Position numbers and translations under genes: made by a program. Source: an uncultured Gammaproteobacteria bacterium (GTDB lineage: Bacteria; Patescibacteriota; Patescibacteriia; UBA9934). From it: 64,000 bases of DNA. Of this stretch, positions 10,482-20,996 are shown in pieces (the stretch's first letter is position 1; each line of letters opens with the position of its first letter). The notes under the pieces were generated by a model. It saw only the letters and a program-made list of their open reading frames with translations. It was not told the origin of the DNA and did not search any database. The DNA lies in the NCBI GenBank assembly GCA_964582615.1, contig CAZORP010000006.1, forward strand, positions 3,426 to 67,425, in the 5' to 3' direction.

Positions 10482-10926
10482 ACCAGACGATCGTTTGAGA
10501 ATCGTTTCTGCGCCAATTGATCCTTCGGAGATTACGCAGGAAGCTACTCGAACTTTTATTCGCAACCTTAAACAAACCATGCGCCTGGAAGATGGCGTCG
10601 GCATCGCCGCACCTCAGGTAAACGTTCACAAGCGAATTATCATCGTTGATCTTCCCGAACGAGGACCTTCGGCGTTTTTTAATCCAGAGATCATCGAACG
10701 TTCATTTAAGACCGTAGAAAGCGTCGAAGGCTGTCTTTCCGTTCCTGAGTGCTCAGGAATCGTAAACAGACATCGAAGCGTTACGGTACGAGCTTATAAC
10801 GAGCAAGCAGAGGAGGAAACACTCAAGCTCCAAGGCTTTCCCGCTATTGTCTTTCAGCACGAAATCGATCACCTTGACGGCGTTCTGTTTATTGATCGAG
10901 CAACTAACATTCGCAAAGCACGTTAA
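10447..10926 (+). CDS. def: Peptide deformylase
   Basis: GIAAPQV, EGCLSVP and HEIDHLDG motifs. The start is internal to the 268-aa ORF (MEPMTHL). Confidence 0.85.
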   Translation: MEPMTHLIVLHEPDDRLRIVSAPIDPSEITQEATRTFIRNLKQTMRLEDGVGIAAPQVNVHKRIIIVDLPERGPSAFFNPEIIERSFKTVESVEGCLSVPECSGIVNRHRSVTVRAYNEQAEEETLKLQGFPAIVFQHEIDHLDGVLFIDRATNIRKAR

Positions 10927-10928
10927 CT

Positions 10929-11888
10929 ATGCGAATTGTCTTTTTTGGTACTCCTGAATTTTCACGAGCTTTTCTTGAAGATCTTGTAGAAGATCCTCGT
11001 TTTACCGTCGTGGGTGTAGTTGCTCAGCCCGACGAACCCGTGGGAAGAAAGCGGGTCCTTACATCTCCCCCAACCGTTGCCTTTGCAAAAGAACAGGGAA
11101 TCCCCTTTCTTCAGCCAACAAAACTCAAAACAGAAGAATTTCAGAGAGCACTTGCATCTTATGCGGCAGATGCATTCATTGTTGTTGCGTACGGACGCAT
11201 TATCCCGGAACACATCCTCGCGATTCCTCGCCTTGGAGCTATTAATGTTCACCCTTCGCTTTTGCCAAAACTCCGAGGTCCAAGCCCTATGCAGACCGCC
11301 ATTGCCAACCTCGAAAAGGCGACAGGCGTGAGCATTATGCTTCTTGATAAGGACATGGATCACGGCCCCATCTTGGCGCAACTACCACTTCCACTCTCCG
11401 AAGAAACAACTCTTGAAACACTTGTACACGACGTTGTAACACAGGGATCTCCACTACTTCGAGAAACTATACTAAGCTATCAAGCTGGTACCTGCATCCC
11501 CCAGCCACAACGTCACGAAGAAGCAACATTTTGTCACCTTCTCTCAAAGGAAGACGGAGTCATTACTTCAAAAGATTCTGCGGAAATTCTTTTTGCACGC
11601 CTTCGTGGATATACGCCGTGGCCAGGAGTTCGCACGACCGTCATTCTTGACGATGGAACCTCGCAAGAAATTAAAATTCTCGAAGGACGTCTGGGATCTG
11701 AAGAGATGCATCACTTTACAAAAGAACTTCCTATAGGCGGCTGTGTTGCAAGCACTACACAAGATGCCCTTCTCATTAAAATGTCTTCAGGAATCTTTGC
11801 GATAACCACGCTTCAACCAAGCACAAAACCATCCATGCATGCGCGAGCGTATCTGCAAGGCTACCGACCCGTACGACTTGAACGCTAG
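10929..11888 (+). CDS. fmt: Methionyl-tRNA formyltransferase
   Basis: MRIVFFGTPEF N-terminus and HPSLLPKLRG motif. The def-fmt pairing is conserved. Confidence 0.9.
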   Translation: MRIVFFGTPEFSRAFLEDLVEDPRFTVVGVVAQPDEPVGRKRVLTSPPTVAFAKEQGIPFLQPTKLKTEEFQRALASYAADAFIVVAYGRIIPEHILAIPRLGAINVHPSLLPKLRGPSPMQTAIANLEKATGVSIMLLDKDMDHGPILAQLPLPLSEETTLETLVHDVVTQGSPLLRETILSYQAGTCIPQPQRHEEATFCHLLSKEDGVITSKDSAEILFARLRGYTPWPGVRTTVILDDGTSQEIKILEGRLGSEEMHHFTKELPIGGCVASTTQDALLIKMSSGIFAITTLQPSTKPSMHARAYLQGYRPVRLER

Positions 11889-13517
11889 CGAGAGAGGAAG
11901 AGGATTTTTTTCCTCTTCTTTTTGTTCACTCTCGGGAAAACGAAGCATCATATACATCACCATAACCGTCATGATACCAAGAGGATGATTAAGGTATGGC
12001 GTAATCATGTGAACCCCAAAGAGAAAAAGGAGAACCGTAGTAACGCCAAGCTCCAGCCACACATGAGCAACATACTCCTGAAGTGAAGACCACGCATAAC
12101 GCTTCGTCTTTTGAAGCAAGACTCCAAGAGGAACCACGAGAAGATACGCATGTGCCAAAATACCAAGTGCGCCCATCTTCATCCACACATCAAGAAAACC
12201 CCACTCGTAACGATATGTGGTAAGCTCCCCAGTTCCCCCCGTTGCCTCACGAATACGTGGATCATCTGATGTATACGTCACTTCTTTACCAAAACCCCAT
12301 CCAAGAAATGGATGTTCTTCAAGCGCCTCACGAAGTGGTGGAAGCATGTTATAGCGACTACTTACCGCAAGCGTTCTCGTCGTATCGTGCTCACCTCGAT
12401 AGAAAGGAGATGCTCCGAGATTTGGACGAGAAACCAAGGGAAGTGATACGAGAAGCCAAAAAAGAAGCCCGGAACCCGCAAGTAACACCCCAAGCTTTGC
12501 AAACAGCCCACCAAGCGGTAGTACCACCTCACGAAAAGCGCGTAGGCAGCGTCTTCCTATAGACTGTTCACGCTCCACGTCTCTCACAAAAAGAAGAAAG
12601 AGGCCACCTGTTACCACAAGACCAACTAACACGCCTGCAAGCGCAAAGCTTCGTGACATGCTCCATGCAAATACCGAAACTGCAACACCAAGATAGGCAT
12701 ACTCCTGCCACAATAAAGAGCGTTTAGTGCCAAGAATGCTACAACACATGAGAAGAAGTAGCGTTCCCGCGGAAAGATGTGCTTGAGAAAATACACGGAA
12801 ATACCATGATCCGGAAATAAGAAGATTGGTAAACCACCCTGGACTTGAAAGTAGTGTCACCTCAAAGAGTCTTGGATCTCGCACGAGTACATAGATATCC
12901 CAAATGGTACTCTCTGAACTATGCGTAAAGATCGCGATAAGCGCCCCCGTTATGACAAAAAGTGAAAGTACGGATCCTCCAAGAACCATGAGAAATTTTC
13001 GCTTCAGATCAGGCGTCCACGAGAGCGTCGCAAGTGGGAGAAGATATGCAAGCGTCGCGTAACTATTTGCGTCGTCAAATAATGCAGGAAGCTTGGCGTG
13101 CGTTGCGAGACCTCGAAATATTCCGTACGCCAAAGCACCTCCCCAAATGCATAGCGGAACATCTCGAGATGATGACCACGCAAGACGATACTTCCCCACA
13201 AGCATGCCAAGTCCCCATCCAGCCATAATACCGATCCAAAGAACCATGCGTAGCGATAGCGGTACACCAAACAACGTGGCACTTACAAGATAGCCGTGAA
13301 CGCCAATAAGTACCTCGTACCACGCCAGAAGAAGCGCATGTTCCAAAGAAAAATACGCGAGAAAACCACTTCCAAAGCCAGCAAAGAGCAAGATACCAAG
13401 CGAAAGAGCCTCATGATGAAGTGCAAATCCGGAAATTCCCATGAGCACCAAGCTTCCTATAAGTATTGGCAGGAGTGCTTTTCCAAAAAATTGTTGCCCG
13501 AAAGACGACGGCATCAT
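11787..13517 (-). CDS. O-antigen ligase/polymerase (Wzy_C)-like polytopic membrane protein
   Basis: More than 10 TM helices and a periplasmic loop with a YRYEWGFLDVWMKMGALGIL motif resembling the Wzy_C signature. It overlaps the fmt 3' end by about 100 bp. Confidence 0.5.
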   Translation of the reverse strand: MMPSSFGQQFFGKALLPILIGSLVLMGISGFALHHEALSLGILLFAGFGSGFLAYFSLEHALLLAWYEVLIGVHGYLVSATLFGVPLSLRMVLWIGIMAGWGLGMLVGKYRLAWSSSRDVPLCIWGGALAYGIFRGLATHAKLPALFDDANSYATLAYLLPLATLSWTPDLKRKFLMVLGGSVLSLFVITGALIAIFTHSSESTIWDIYVLVRDPRLFEVTLLSSPGWFTNLLISGSWYFRVFSQAHLSAGTLLLLMCCSILGTKRSLLWQEYAYLGVAVSVFAWSMSRSFALAGVLVGLVVTGGLFLLFVRDVEREQSIGRRCLRAFREVVLPLGGLFAKLGVLLAGSGLLFWLLVSLPLVSRPNLGASPFYRGEHDTTRTLAVSSRYNMLPPLREALEEHPFLGWGFGKEVTYTSDDPRIREATGGTGELTTYRYEWGFLDVWMKMGALGILAHAYLLVVPLGVLLQKTKRYAWSSLQEYVAHVWLELGVTTVLLFLFGVHMITPYLNHPLGIMTVMVMYMMLRFPESEQKEEEKNPLPLSLAFKSYGSVALQIRSRMHGWFCAWLKRGYRKDS

Positions 13518-14413
13518 ACCCCTGAAGTCTTTTGCGTTCGCTCAGCATGCCATGCTCCAAGATATGCAAGTACCGTTGCAAACGGAGCTAGCGCAGTAAG
13601 CACCGCCCAAACACCTAAGCCATGGTGTTTTTTCATGTACTTTCGCATGCTCTGACGAAACCAGACTTGTTTGCGCAAAAAACCCACACGAGAAAAACTT
13701 GCACCTCTGTGGTGTGTGACCGTGAGATCTGCAAAGTGGCGAATCTTCCATCCGGCATCATGCACCATCTTGCAGTAATCAACCTCTTCAAACCACAAGA
13801 AATAACGCTCATCAAAACGAAGAAACTCTTGCGAGGGCGCTTCGCCCGGGGACCTTTCAAGACCTCGGCGAATCATCATAAATGCCCCCATAATCGACTC
13901 CACGTCTTGCGTTTGATAAGGATCGACGTCATGCATCATGTAGCGCTCAATAGCGGGAACAGACTTCATGACATGAGGAAGTTTGAATAAGATAGGAAGC
14001 TGATCGGAAAGCGTCGGAAAGCGACGAATGCTCTCCTGGAGCGTTCCGTCCGGATAGCGCAATAAACAACTTCCGATACCCACCTCGGGAGCGGCGTCCA
14101 TGTGGGCAACCATACTTGCTAAAACATTCGGCGCAAAAGAGGTATCTGGATTAAGCATGAGCGCATAACGCCCCGTCGCATGCTGAAGTCCCTGATTGGT
14201 AGCGCTTGCAAATCCTTTATTTTGAGCATTAATAATAACCGTAGCGTGAGGAAGTACTTCGCTTACTCTTGTAAGCGTCTGCGCATCGCCTGCATTGTCG
14301 ATGATGATAACTTCATACGTTACACCCTGACTTTTTGCGATACTTTCAAAACACGCCCGAAGAACTTCGGGGGAATTTTTATAGACGATGGTGATTAGTG
14401 AAATATCCGGCAT
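13514..14413 (-). CDS. Family 2 glycosyltransferase
   Basis: ISLITIVYKNSPEVL...YEVIIIDNAG pattern (GT-A fold, DxD region). The start is internal (MPDISL). Confidence 0.7.
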   Translation of the reverse strand: MPDISLITIVYKNSPEVLRACFESIAKSQGVTYEVIIIDNAGDAQTLTRVSEVLPHATVIINAQNKGFASATNQGLQHATGRYALMLNPDTSFAPNVLASMVAHMDAAPEVGIGSCLLRYPDGTLQESIRRFPTLSDQLPILFKLPHVMKSVPAIERYMMHDVDPYQTQDVESIMGAFMMIRRGLERSPGEAPSQEFLRFDERYFLWFEEVDYCKMVHDAGWKIRHFADLTVTHHRGASFSRVGFLRKQVWFRQSMRKYMKKHHGLGVWAVLTALAPFATVLAYLGAWHAERTQKTSGV

Positions 14414-14417
14414 AGAC

Positions 14418-15203
14418 TTAGAAAGAAATACTTGGCAGGTGATGTTTTTTTTCGATAATCGCCCGCGCGCTACGATATTTTTCGATACGACGCGGAATCC
14501 ATGGCATATACCTCCAAGGAAAGCTATATGCGAGCTTTGGAAGCCACGAAGATCCAATGCGAGAGACTCCGTGAATTTCCACAGTAAAAAGAAGGTCGGG
14601 AATCATAACACCCCCCTTTCCTTGCCCAAGGAGCGTGAGCCACAAATCCCAATCTTGGAATCTTCGAATAGTCGGATCAAATCCGGGAAAATCACATGCA
14701 CGAAGAAGTGATGTGGTATGGGCAATATTTACTTTTTGTAGCATGTGCGATGACCAAGGAACACCAGGAAATAGCTTCCAACCAAAGCGAAATGTTGCAT
14801 AGGCATAACTCGCCTCGGGGTGTTCACGCAGTGCATGAACCATGCGCTCAAGCATATCTTCCCGAAGTACAACATCAGCATCACAAAACAGCAAAAACTC
14901 TCCCCGAGCCTCTTGAGCACCGCGATTTCTTGCGGGATTTGATCCTTGGTTTTTCTGTGTAATGAGTGTTATTCGATCACGCCAAGGAGCAAGTGCCTCA
15001 GCAAGGTCATCAGACGATCCATCATCTACAACAATAACCTCATATGCAGTGTACGTCTGAGCAAAAATTGAACGCAAACACCCCGGCAGTGCCGATGCAT
15101 GGTTGTACACGGGAATAATAAGAGAAATGTATCCGGGAATCACAGATATTGCTAATGATGACATCATACAAGAGGCCTCTGTATTTGTCATAACGTTACC
15201 CAC
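14418..15203 (-). CDS. Family 2 glycosyltransferase
   Basis: ISLIIPVYNHASAL...YEVIVVDDGSSDD...FCDADVVL motifs. Confidence 0.7.
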   Translation of the reverse strand: MGNVMTNTEASCMMSSLAISVIPGYISLIIPVYNHASALPGCLRSIFAQTYTAYEVIVVDDGSSDDLAEALAPWRDRITLITQKNQGSNPARNRGAQEARGEFLLFCDADVVLREDMLERMVHALREHPEASYAYATFRFGWKLFPGVPWSSHMLQKVNIAHTTSLLRACDFPGFDPTIRRFQDWDLWLTLLGQGKGGVMIPDLLFTVEIHGVSRIGSSWLPKLAYSFPWRYMPWIPRRIEKYRSARAIIEKKHHLPSISF

Positions 15204-16356
15204 CCTTTTGCGTCGTAAAATACTCTACTGCTTCGCGGTAGGTTTTTGCAAAATTTTCAGGCGTTGCTATACGCAATGCATGCACCCTTCCCTCTTTACC
15301 ATAGCGTGAAGAAATTTCTGGATACAGAGAAAGATAATGGAGGCCCTCACACAAGGCCGCGTGAGTATCATCCACCAAAAGTCCCGTTCGCTCATGTAGC
15401 ACAATCTCATCAACACCGGGAACGCGCGTGGCAAGAACCGGGAGACCAAATAGTGCCGCTTCGGCATACACAATGCCAAACCCCTCACGATCCTCCCCCG
15501 GTGTCCATGTTGTTGGCATGACAAAAACGTCGTGCTGACTATAGATCTCAGGGAGACGCTCCGTGGCAATATCGGTCAAAATTTTCACACGATCCGCAAG
15601 TCCAAATTCAGCAATGGTACGAAGCAGTTCTTCCTTACAGGGACCGTTACCGACAATGGTATATGTCCATGACGAAGGGAGATCTCGCAATGCCTCTAAG
15701 ACTTTTTTATGCCCCTTTCTCGCCACAAGCCGTCCAACGGTAAGAAGACGAAGGCCTCTAGAAACATCCGCAGAGGGTTCTTCGGGGGGAATAATTGCCA
15801 CGCCAGCACCAGAACTCTGTACCGCGGCGTGAGTGAGAAATTTCATCAACTCCTGAGGTGAACGATAAAGAATGCCTTTATGCAATTTTTCAGATGCGCG
15901 CACGAGTTCTTCGGAGACACACGGGTAAACAACACGAATTTTCTCTGGAGAAATACCGTAACCAGCAACTTCTTTTGCAAGTGCATTGCTGTTCACAATA
16001 ACTCCTTGAGCACGCCGAAGAACCCATGAAAATCTTCGCGAGCGCAAAGGTGTATTTCGCGCACGATCAACGTCGAGTCCATGAAGATGGATAAGATAAT
16101 CCCAAGGCCTGAGAAGCGTCGCGTATGCACATGCTGTACCAAGAGGAAAAACATGATTAATAAGTACAGTTCCCGAAAACTTCTTAGGGATATTTTGTAA
16201 AAAAAACTTTATTGCGGTCATTGTTGAAATCCGCCAAGGAAGTTCTTCATACCGAAGTTCAGGATAGGCCTTTATAATTGCCTCTTGGTACCGCGCAACT
16301 CCCCCATTGGTCAATCGACCGTCACTTGCGAGTGTCGTGAGAAAAAGATTTACCAT
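15196..16356 (-). CDS. Family 1 (GT4-like) glycosyltransferase
   Basis: C-terminal EGFGIVYAEAALFGLPVLATRVPGVDEIV, typical of GT-B GT4 enzymes. Confidence 0.7.
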   Translation of the reverse strand: MVNLFLTTLASDGRLTNGGVARYQEAIIKAYPELRYEELPWRISTMTAIKFFLQNIPKKFSGTVLINHVFPLGTACAYATLLRPWDYLIHLHGLDVDRARNTPLRSRRFSWVLRRAQGVIVNSNALAKEVAGYGISPEKIRVVYPCVSEELVRASEKLHKGILYRSPQELMKFLTHAAVQSSGAGVAIIPPEEPSADVSRGLRLLTVGRLVARKGHKKVLEALRDLPSSWTYTIVGNGPCKEELLRTIAEFGLADRVKILTDIATERLPEIYSQHDVFVMPTTWTPGEDREGFGIVYAEAALFGLPVLATRVPGVDEIVLHERTGLLVDDTHAALCEGLHYLSLYPEISSRYGKEGRVHALRIATPENFAKTYREAVEYFTTQKGG

Positions 16357-16365
16357 ACCGCGACA

Positions 16366-17844
16366 TTACGCACTCCTCTTCACAAGTCGACGAACGGTGT
16401 GCACATGATCGGAAGTAATACCCCCAAACATCCATCCACAACAAAAGAAGATCCCTGCTCCAAGGGGAATAACAAGAATCCAAGCAAGTGGATGAATGTA
16501 CGTCACCGCAAGAACCTTCATTCCCACAACGCTCAGAGCCATAATAATTCCCGAGAGCGTAATGCCTCCTACGCGCAACAACCAATCCTTCAGCGAAAGC
16601 TCAATGACCTGGCGAGCAAAGAAGATACCTACACAAAAAAGAAGCACAAAGGTCATGACCGCCGCATATGCCGCTCCAACAATGCCGAACTCACGAATAA
16701 GTATCATGTTTGCACAGGCATTACAGACCATGGCAAGTCCCATGGCGAGCGTTTTTTTTGCCTGAAGGCCTGAAGCATTCAAGAGCGAACCTACGGGAAA
16801 ATCAAGAAAAATAAACCAAAGTCCCAACAGAAGAACTCTCAGAACAGGAACAGCTTCACGATATCGATCTCCATAAAACATACCGATAACCTCGGGTGCA
16901 AGTGCCCAAAGTCCCCCAATAACCGGAGCCGCGAGAAGCGCCACATACCACTCCGCCTGAAGAAACGTTTCGCGCAATTGACGAGCGTCGTTAATTTGAG
17001 CGCTCATTGCAGGGTAGAGCGCTCCAACAAATGCTAGCGGAAGAAATTGAAATGCATACGTGAGTTTATAGGCAACGCTATACGTTCCAACCGCACCCTG
17101 CCCCAAAATTCTTGTAATCGTAAACGAATCAATATACGAGTAGAGCTTTACAAAGATTGCCGCCAAGAAGAACATGAATCCCATGCGTAAAGGCCTAACC
17201 CCCATGGTCCAGGCAGGGATAAGCGCCTGAGTGCCGAGTCTTTTTGCAACGTGATACGCCGCAAAAACAGCATTCCAAGTACTTCCCACAATAAGCGCCA
17301 AAATCAACAGTCGCAAATCACCGGAAAAAAATATCAGGGAAGCGCCTCCCACAAGTGCTGTAAGTGTTTGACCAAGAAGCACACCAAGAGCCTCATACTT
17401 GACCACATGGAGCCCTCGAAGGACCCCATACCAGGTTACAGAAAGCGTATCCATGATCATGACGACGATTGCAAGATGCACAAGTTCAGCCGCTTCATGA
17501 GAAAAGTGCAAAACAGGGGGAAGAAAAAATCCTAACAAAACCGTTATCGGCATGGCGCACAATTTCCATCCAAGAACACTGCGAAGAAGATCCTTTGCCT
17601 TTTCAGGAGCACGGGCAACCTCGCGAATGACAACCGAGGTCATGCCAAGATCGTCAAGGACACCAACTGTCGTTGTAAGGGCAAGAGCAAGAAAATACGC
17701 GCCAAGTAAACGTTCGTCGCCAAGTCTTGCGGCAATAAACGCGAAGTATATAAACGCAAGCGCCTTTTGCCCAACGGAGGCAATCGTAAGAAGAAAAGCA
17801 TTTTTTGCAAGAACCGACATATGCGCTGAGTATATCTTTCTCAT
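16366..17844 (-). CDS. Polysaccharide biosynthesis protein/flippase (Wzx/MOP superfamily-like)
   Basis: 492 aa, about 12-14 TM helices. It is the first gene of the glycosyltransferase operon. Confidence 0.6.
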   Translation of the reverse strand: MRKIYSAHMSVLAKNAFLLTIASVGQKALAFIYFAFIAARLGDERLLGAYFLALALTTTVGVLDDLGMTSVVIREVARAPEKAKDLLRSVLGWKLCAMPITVLLGFFLPPVLHFSHEAAELVHLAIVVMIMDTLSVTWYGVLRGLHVVKYEALGVLLGQTLTALVGGASLIFFSGDLRLLILALIVGSTWNAVFAAYHVAKRLGTQALIPAWTMGVRPLRMGFMFFLAAIFVKLYSYIDSFTITRILGQGAVGTYSVAYKLTYAFQFLPLAFVGALYPAMSAQINDARQLRETFLQAEWYVALLAAPVIGGLWALAPEVIGMFYGDRYREAVPVLRVLLLGLWFIFLDFPVGSLLNASGLQAKKTLAMGLAMVCNACANMILIREFGIVGAAYAAVMTFVLLFCVGIFFARQVIELSLKDWLLRVGGITLSGIIMALSVVGMKVLAVTYIHPLAWILVIPLGAGIFFCCGWMFGGITSDHVHTVRRLVKRSA

Positions 17845-17868
17845 AGCATTCCTACAATTGGGTATACT

Positions 17869-20184
17869 ATGGGCAATATGACGGAAAAGATCCCACTACC
17901 ACTTCCACCACGCCACCCCGAAGGAACGCCTGGCATGGCTACTAAAAATACTCTTCAAATTCCTCTCGCGGATCAATCTCGCGATTCTTTCGAGGGTACC
18001 GGCCAACAATCCGATGACATGTTAGGAGATGGTAGCAAACAATACGACCTCCTCTCTGAACATATTTCCGTATCTCCAAACGAAGAACGTATTCTTGAGT
18101 ATATATACAGAAATCTACACGAGAAAATTGCATTAAGTGAACTACGATCGGGAATCGGATGGAAGAAGCTTCTAATATTGGCACAGCAGACGGCAGAAGA
18201 CCTTTACAAAAACTATCACATAACTGACTCGGATGCATTGTTTAATGGCGTCAGACCAGTGCACGATCATCTCAATCCCGCTAATAATGAAGAATTTGAA
18301 TCACTATTCCTTGCGAAAATAAAAGAAAAACTCTTCACTCTCCATCACTTATCAAGTGGCGAGGTAATTCATTTAGGTGAGGCGGATATAAAAGACTACC
18401 CTGAACGCCACCATCCATCACCAGAACAACAGGCCACTCAACCACCAACAGCGCCAAACACAACCGAGGATTTTACTTCCGAAGGAAAAAAAAGACGGGA
18501 AACCGTTGAGCGCGCAAAATCAGACGCGGAAAAGGATTTTAGACGTCTAAAGAAAAGATCTATAGCACTTCTTCTGAAAAACAATATTCCCCACGACACA
18601 GAAGATGAGTATTACAAGTCTCTCTACCATCATTTTTTAGGTAAAAAATACGAGGAGTGGTTAAGAAGTCGCATGACCCCATTAATGAAGGAAAACTTCG
18701 TGAAAACCTGGCAACAATACGAAAGCGACATCGACAGTCTCAACAACCCTCAAGCAGGAATAGAAGAATGTAAAAGACTTATCGAGATTTTCACGGAACA
18801 GTTAACCAACGTGGGGCAAAACTTCGCAATTTTCATCCTCCCTCTCCTTGAAAAAAAGAAAGAATCCCTTGAGGAGAAGGGGCTCGAAGAAATTTCCATC
18901 CCCGATGATTACACTGATGAAATCCCCACCGAAACCAAAACAAGGCCCCTTCAAGTTAATTTTGGAAATCCCTTTGGAGATCCCACAGGAAACACGCCAA
19001 AACCCCTCATCCCCGTTTCAAGAGATCCCTACGAGGATGCTCGGGAAGGAGTTCGCCGGCTCTTTGAAGAATTTTCTCCAGAATTTCCAGGAAATGGAAA
19101 CGCCCCTTTCAACAATACTCTTAATACCCAAAAAGACAGGCTTCAAGAAGCCCTTGGAACAACAACATCTCGTCCATTCTCCATGGGGAAAGATGATTAT
19201 CAAAAACTAGGATTCTTTGATCGCATTAGTGACACCCTTGGACGATTTGGAAAATCCGTAGCTCTCTTCCTGGGAATTGGATCATTTTTTTATGGAGGAA
19301 TCAAAAAGCTTGAAGAGGACTACCAGAGAATACAGGACGCCCGTTCCGAAGACACCGGAACACAAGAAAAAGCTCCTTCAAGAGAAATTCCTCCATTCAC
19401 ACCAGAAGAATTCCTCACACCAAAAACTCCCTCTTCGGAGAGCGTCCGCCACGAACCCCATCCTGACATTTATCAGGTTAGCGCAGGTGATAACCTCTGG
19501 GGAATCGTAAAAAATCTCATGCAAGAACATCGCGTAACGTTTGCGACCCCCAAGGAAGAGATTTCCTTTATCATCACCTGCATTCGCTACCTGAAAGATC
19601 TCAATCCCCACCTTGAACACTCCCCTCTTCAAGCGCAAACCCAACTTAATATCACTGGACTTGGTGAATATATTGAAAGCTTCTCTCCGGAAGAAAATCT
19701 CACTACCTCCACCGGTGAAACATTAGGCTCTAGCGAAGAGCAAGAGATCGTCTCAGAAGAAGATGAGTCATCCATTCCGCAAACAACCTCGGGATATCGA
19801 GAGCGCGACGCCGCTATAAGGAAACTTCTAGAACAAGCTCACCTCTCACCTCTTGAAGGAAGCACTGAATATCGATTCGCCCTCAGTAAAGGCGAGACGA
19901 TCTGGACAACCGCTCGAACACTTGCCCTTAGCGGCGGCTTGCGAGGAACTACAGCGCAAACAAACTGTCTCACCGCAATTATTCTTCAGGAATCTGGCAT
20001 TACCCCACGCCAAGCGCTTTCCTTAAAGGCGCAGGGCGAGCGAGGATTTGACCCAGAGAAACATAGCTTCGTCATCACCGAAACTCTTACTCAGGCGATA
20101 CACGACCTTGCCAAAGGAAAGACTCCGCAAACCGTTGCACGATCCTGTGGCGTCGAAGATCGTTACCGAAAGTTACAACAATAA
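17869..20184 (+). CDS. Large acidic low-complexity protein with a LysM-like segment
   Basis: 771 aa, rich in E/D/P/T and predicted disordered. YQVSAGDNLWGIVKNL resembles a LysM core. Confidence 0.4.
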   Translation: MGNMTEKIPLPLPPRHPEGTPGMATKNTLQIPLADQSRDSFEGTGQQSDDMLGDGSKQYDLLSEHISVSPNEERILEYIYRNLHEKIALSELRSGIGWKKLLILAQQTAEDLYKNYHITDSDALFNGVRPVHDHLNPANNEEFESLFLAKIKEKLFTLHHLSSGEVIHLGEADIKDYPERHHPSPEQQATQPPTAPNTTEDFTSEGKKRRETVERAKSDAEKDFRRLKKRSIALLLKNNIPHDTEDEYYKSLYHHFLGKKYEEWLRSRMTPLMKENFVKTWQQYESDIDSLNNPQAGIEECKRLIEIFTEQLTNVGQNFAIFILPLLEKKKESLEEKGLEEISIPDDYTDEIPTETKTRPLQVNFGNPFGDPTGNTPKPLIPVSRDPYEDAREGVRRLFEEFSPEFPGNGNAPFNNTLNTQKDRLQEALGTTTSRPFSMGKDDYQKLGFFDRISDTLGRFGKSVALFLGIGSFFYGGIKKLEEDYQRIQDARSEDTGTQEKAPSREIPPFTPEEFLTPKTPSSESVRHEPHPDIYQVSAGDNLWGIVKNLMQEHRVTFATPKEEISFIITCIRYLKDLNPHLEHSPLQAQTQLNITGLGEYIESFSPEENLTTSTGETLGSSEEQEIVSEEDESSIPQTTSGYRERDAAIRKLLEQAHLSPLEGSTEYRFALSKGETIWTTARTLALSGGLRGTTAQTNCLTAIILQESGITPRQALSLKAQGERGFDPEKHSFVITETLTQAIHDLAKGKTPQTVARSCGVEDRYRKLQQ

Positions 20185-20189
20185 CAAAA

Positions 20190-20222
20190 ACGCCATCTCG
20201 CAAGGAGATGGCGTTTTTCTTT
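20190..20222. terminator. Bidirectional intrinsic terminator between the convergent 17869..20184 ORF and rpsI
   Basis: aaaaACGCCATCTCgcaagGAGATGGCGTttttcttttt: 9-bp perfect stem plus T-run. Confidence 0.8.
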
Positions 20223-20243
20223 TTATCAAAGCACCCGCGTTCT

Positions 20244-20636
20244 TTAACGCTTGCGCCACTGAGTTCCACGGCGTGCACCGCGAAGACCTGGCTTTTTGCG
20301 TTCCTTCTTGCGAGGATCGCGAGTCAAAAGCCCTGGAGACTTGAGTGCTGGCTTTGTGGTTTCATCCATCTTTACCAACGCACGAGCAATAGCAAGGCGT
20401 GCGGCATCTGCTTGACCTACAACGCCACCTCCCTGGGTCTTAAGGTCAACATTCACCGCGTCACGCTTACCAGCCTCCTGAAGAGGGCGCGTTACCATAA
20501 GGCGCAATGCCTCTGTTGGGAACACCTCTTCAAAAGTCTTGCCGTTTACCGTCACAACACCTGCTCCTGCCGCGCTGAGGCGAGCCTGAGCAACTGCCGT
20601 CTTGCGGCGTCCTACCGCATGAAAATACTGTGCCAT
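20244..20636 (-). CDS. rpsI: 30S ribosomal protein S9
   Basis: GGGVVGQADAARLAIARAL and C-terminal basic tail ...RRGTQWRKR. Confidence 0.95.
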   Translation of the reverse strand: MAQYFHAVGRRKTAVAQARLSAAGAGVVTVNGKTFEEVFPTEALRLMVTRPLQEAGKRDAVNVDLKTQGGGVVGQADAARLAIARALVKMDETTKPALKSPGLLTRDPRKKERKKPGLRGARRGTQWRKR

Positions 20637-20641
20637 AGAGA

Positions 20642-20995
20642 TTAGGAAATCATGAGACGCTTCATGCGTTCTTCACGGTGCTTGTTCTTAGGAAGCATAC
20701 GAGAAACCGCCGCGCGAAGCACAAGTGCAGGATCTTGTTCCCACAACTGGCGCATGGTACGTGCCTTAATTCCACCTGGGAATCCCGAGTGATGGTGATA
20801 TACCTTCTGCTCGTATTTCTTTCCCGTCACCTGCATGTTTGCAACATTGGTAACAACGATGTTGTCGCCAAGATCAAGGTGAGGCTGGAAGGAAGCGCTG
20901 GTCTTGCCCGTCAAATGACGAGCAATGTCGCTTGCCAATCGGCCAAGAACCTTTCCCGATGCATCAACGGTATAAGTTTTGCGATCGATAGTCAT
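20642..20995 (-). CDS. rplM: 50S ribosomal protein L13
   Basis: MTIDRKTYTVDASGKVLGRLAS N-terminus. Confidence 0.95.
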   Translation of the reverse strand: MTIDRKTYTVDASGKVLGRLASDIARHLTGKTSASFQPHLDLGDNIVVTNVANMQVTGKKYEQKVYHHHSGFPGGIKARTMRQLWEQDPALVLRAAVSRMLPKNKHREERMKRLMIS

Positions 20996-20996
20996 A

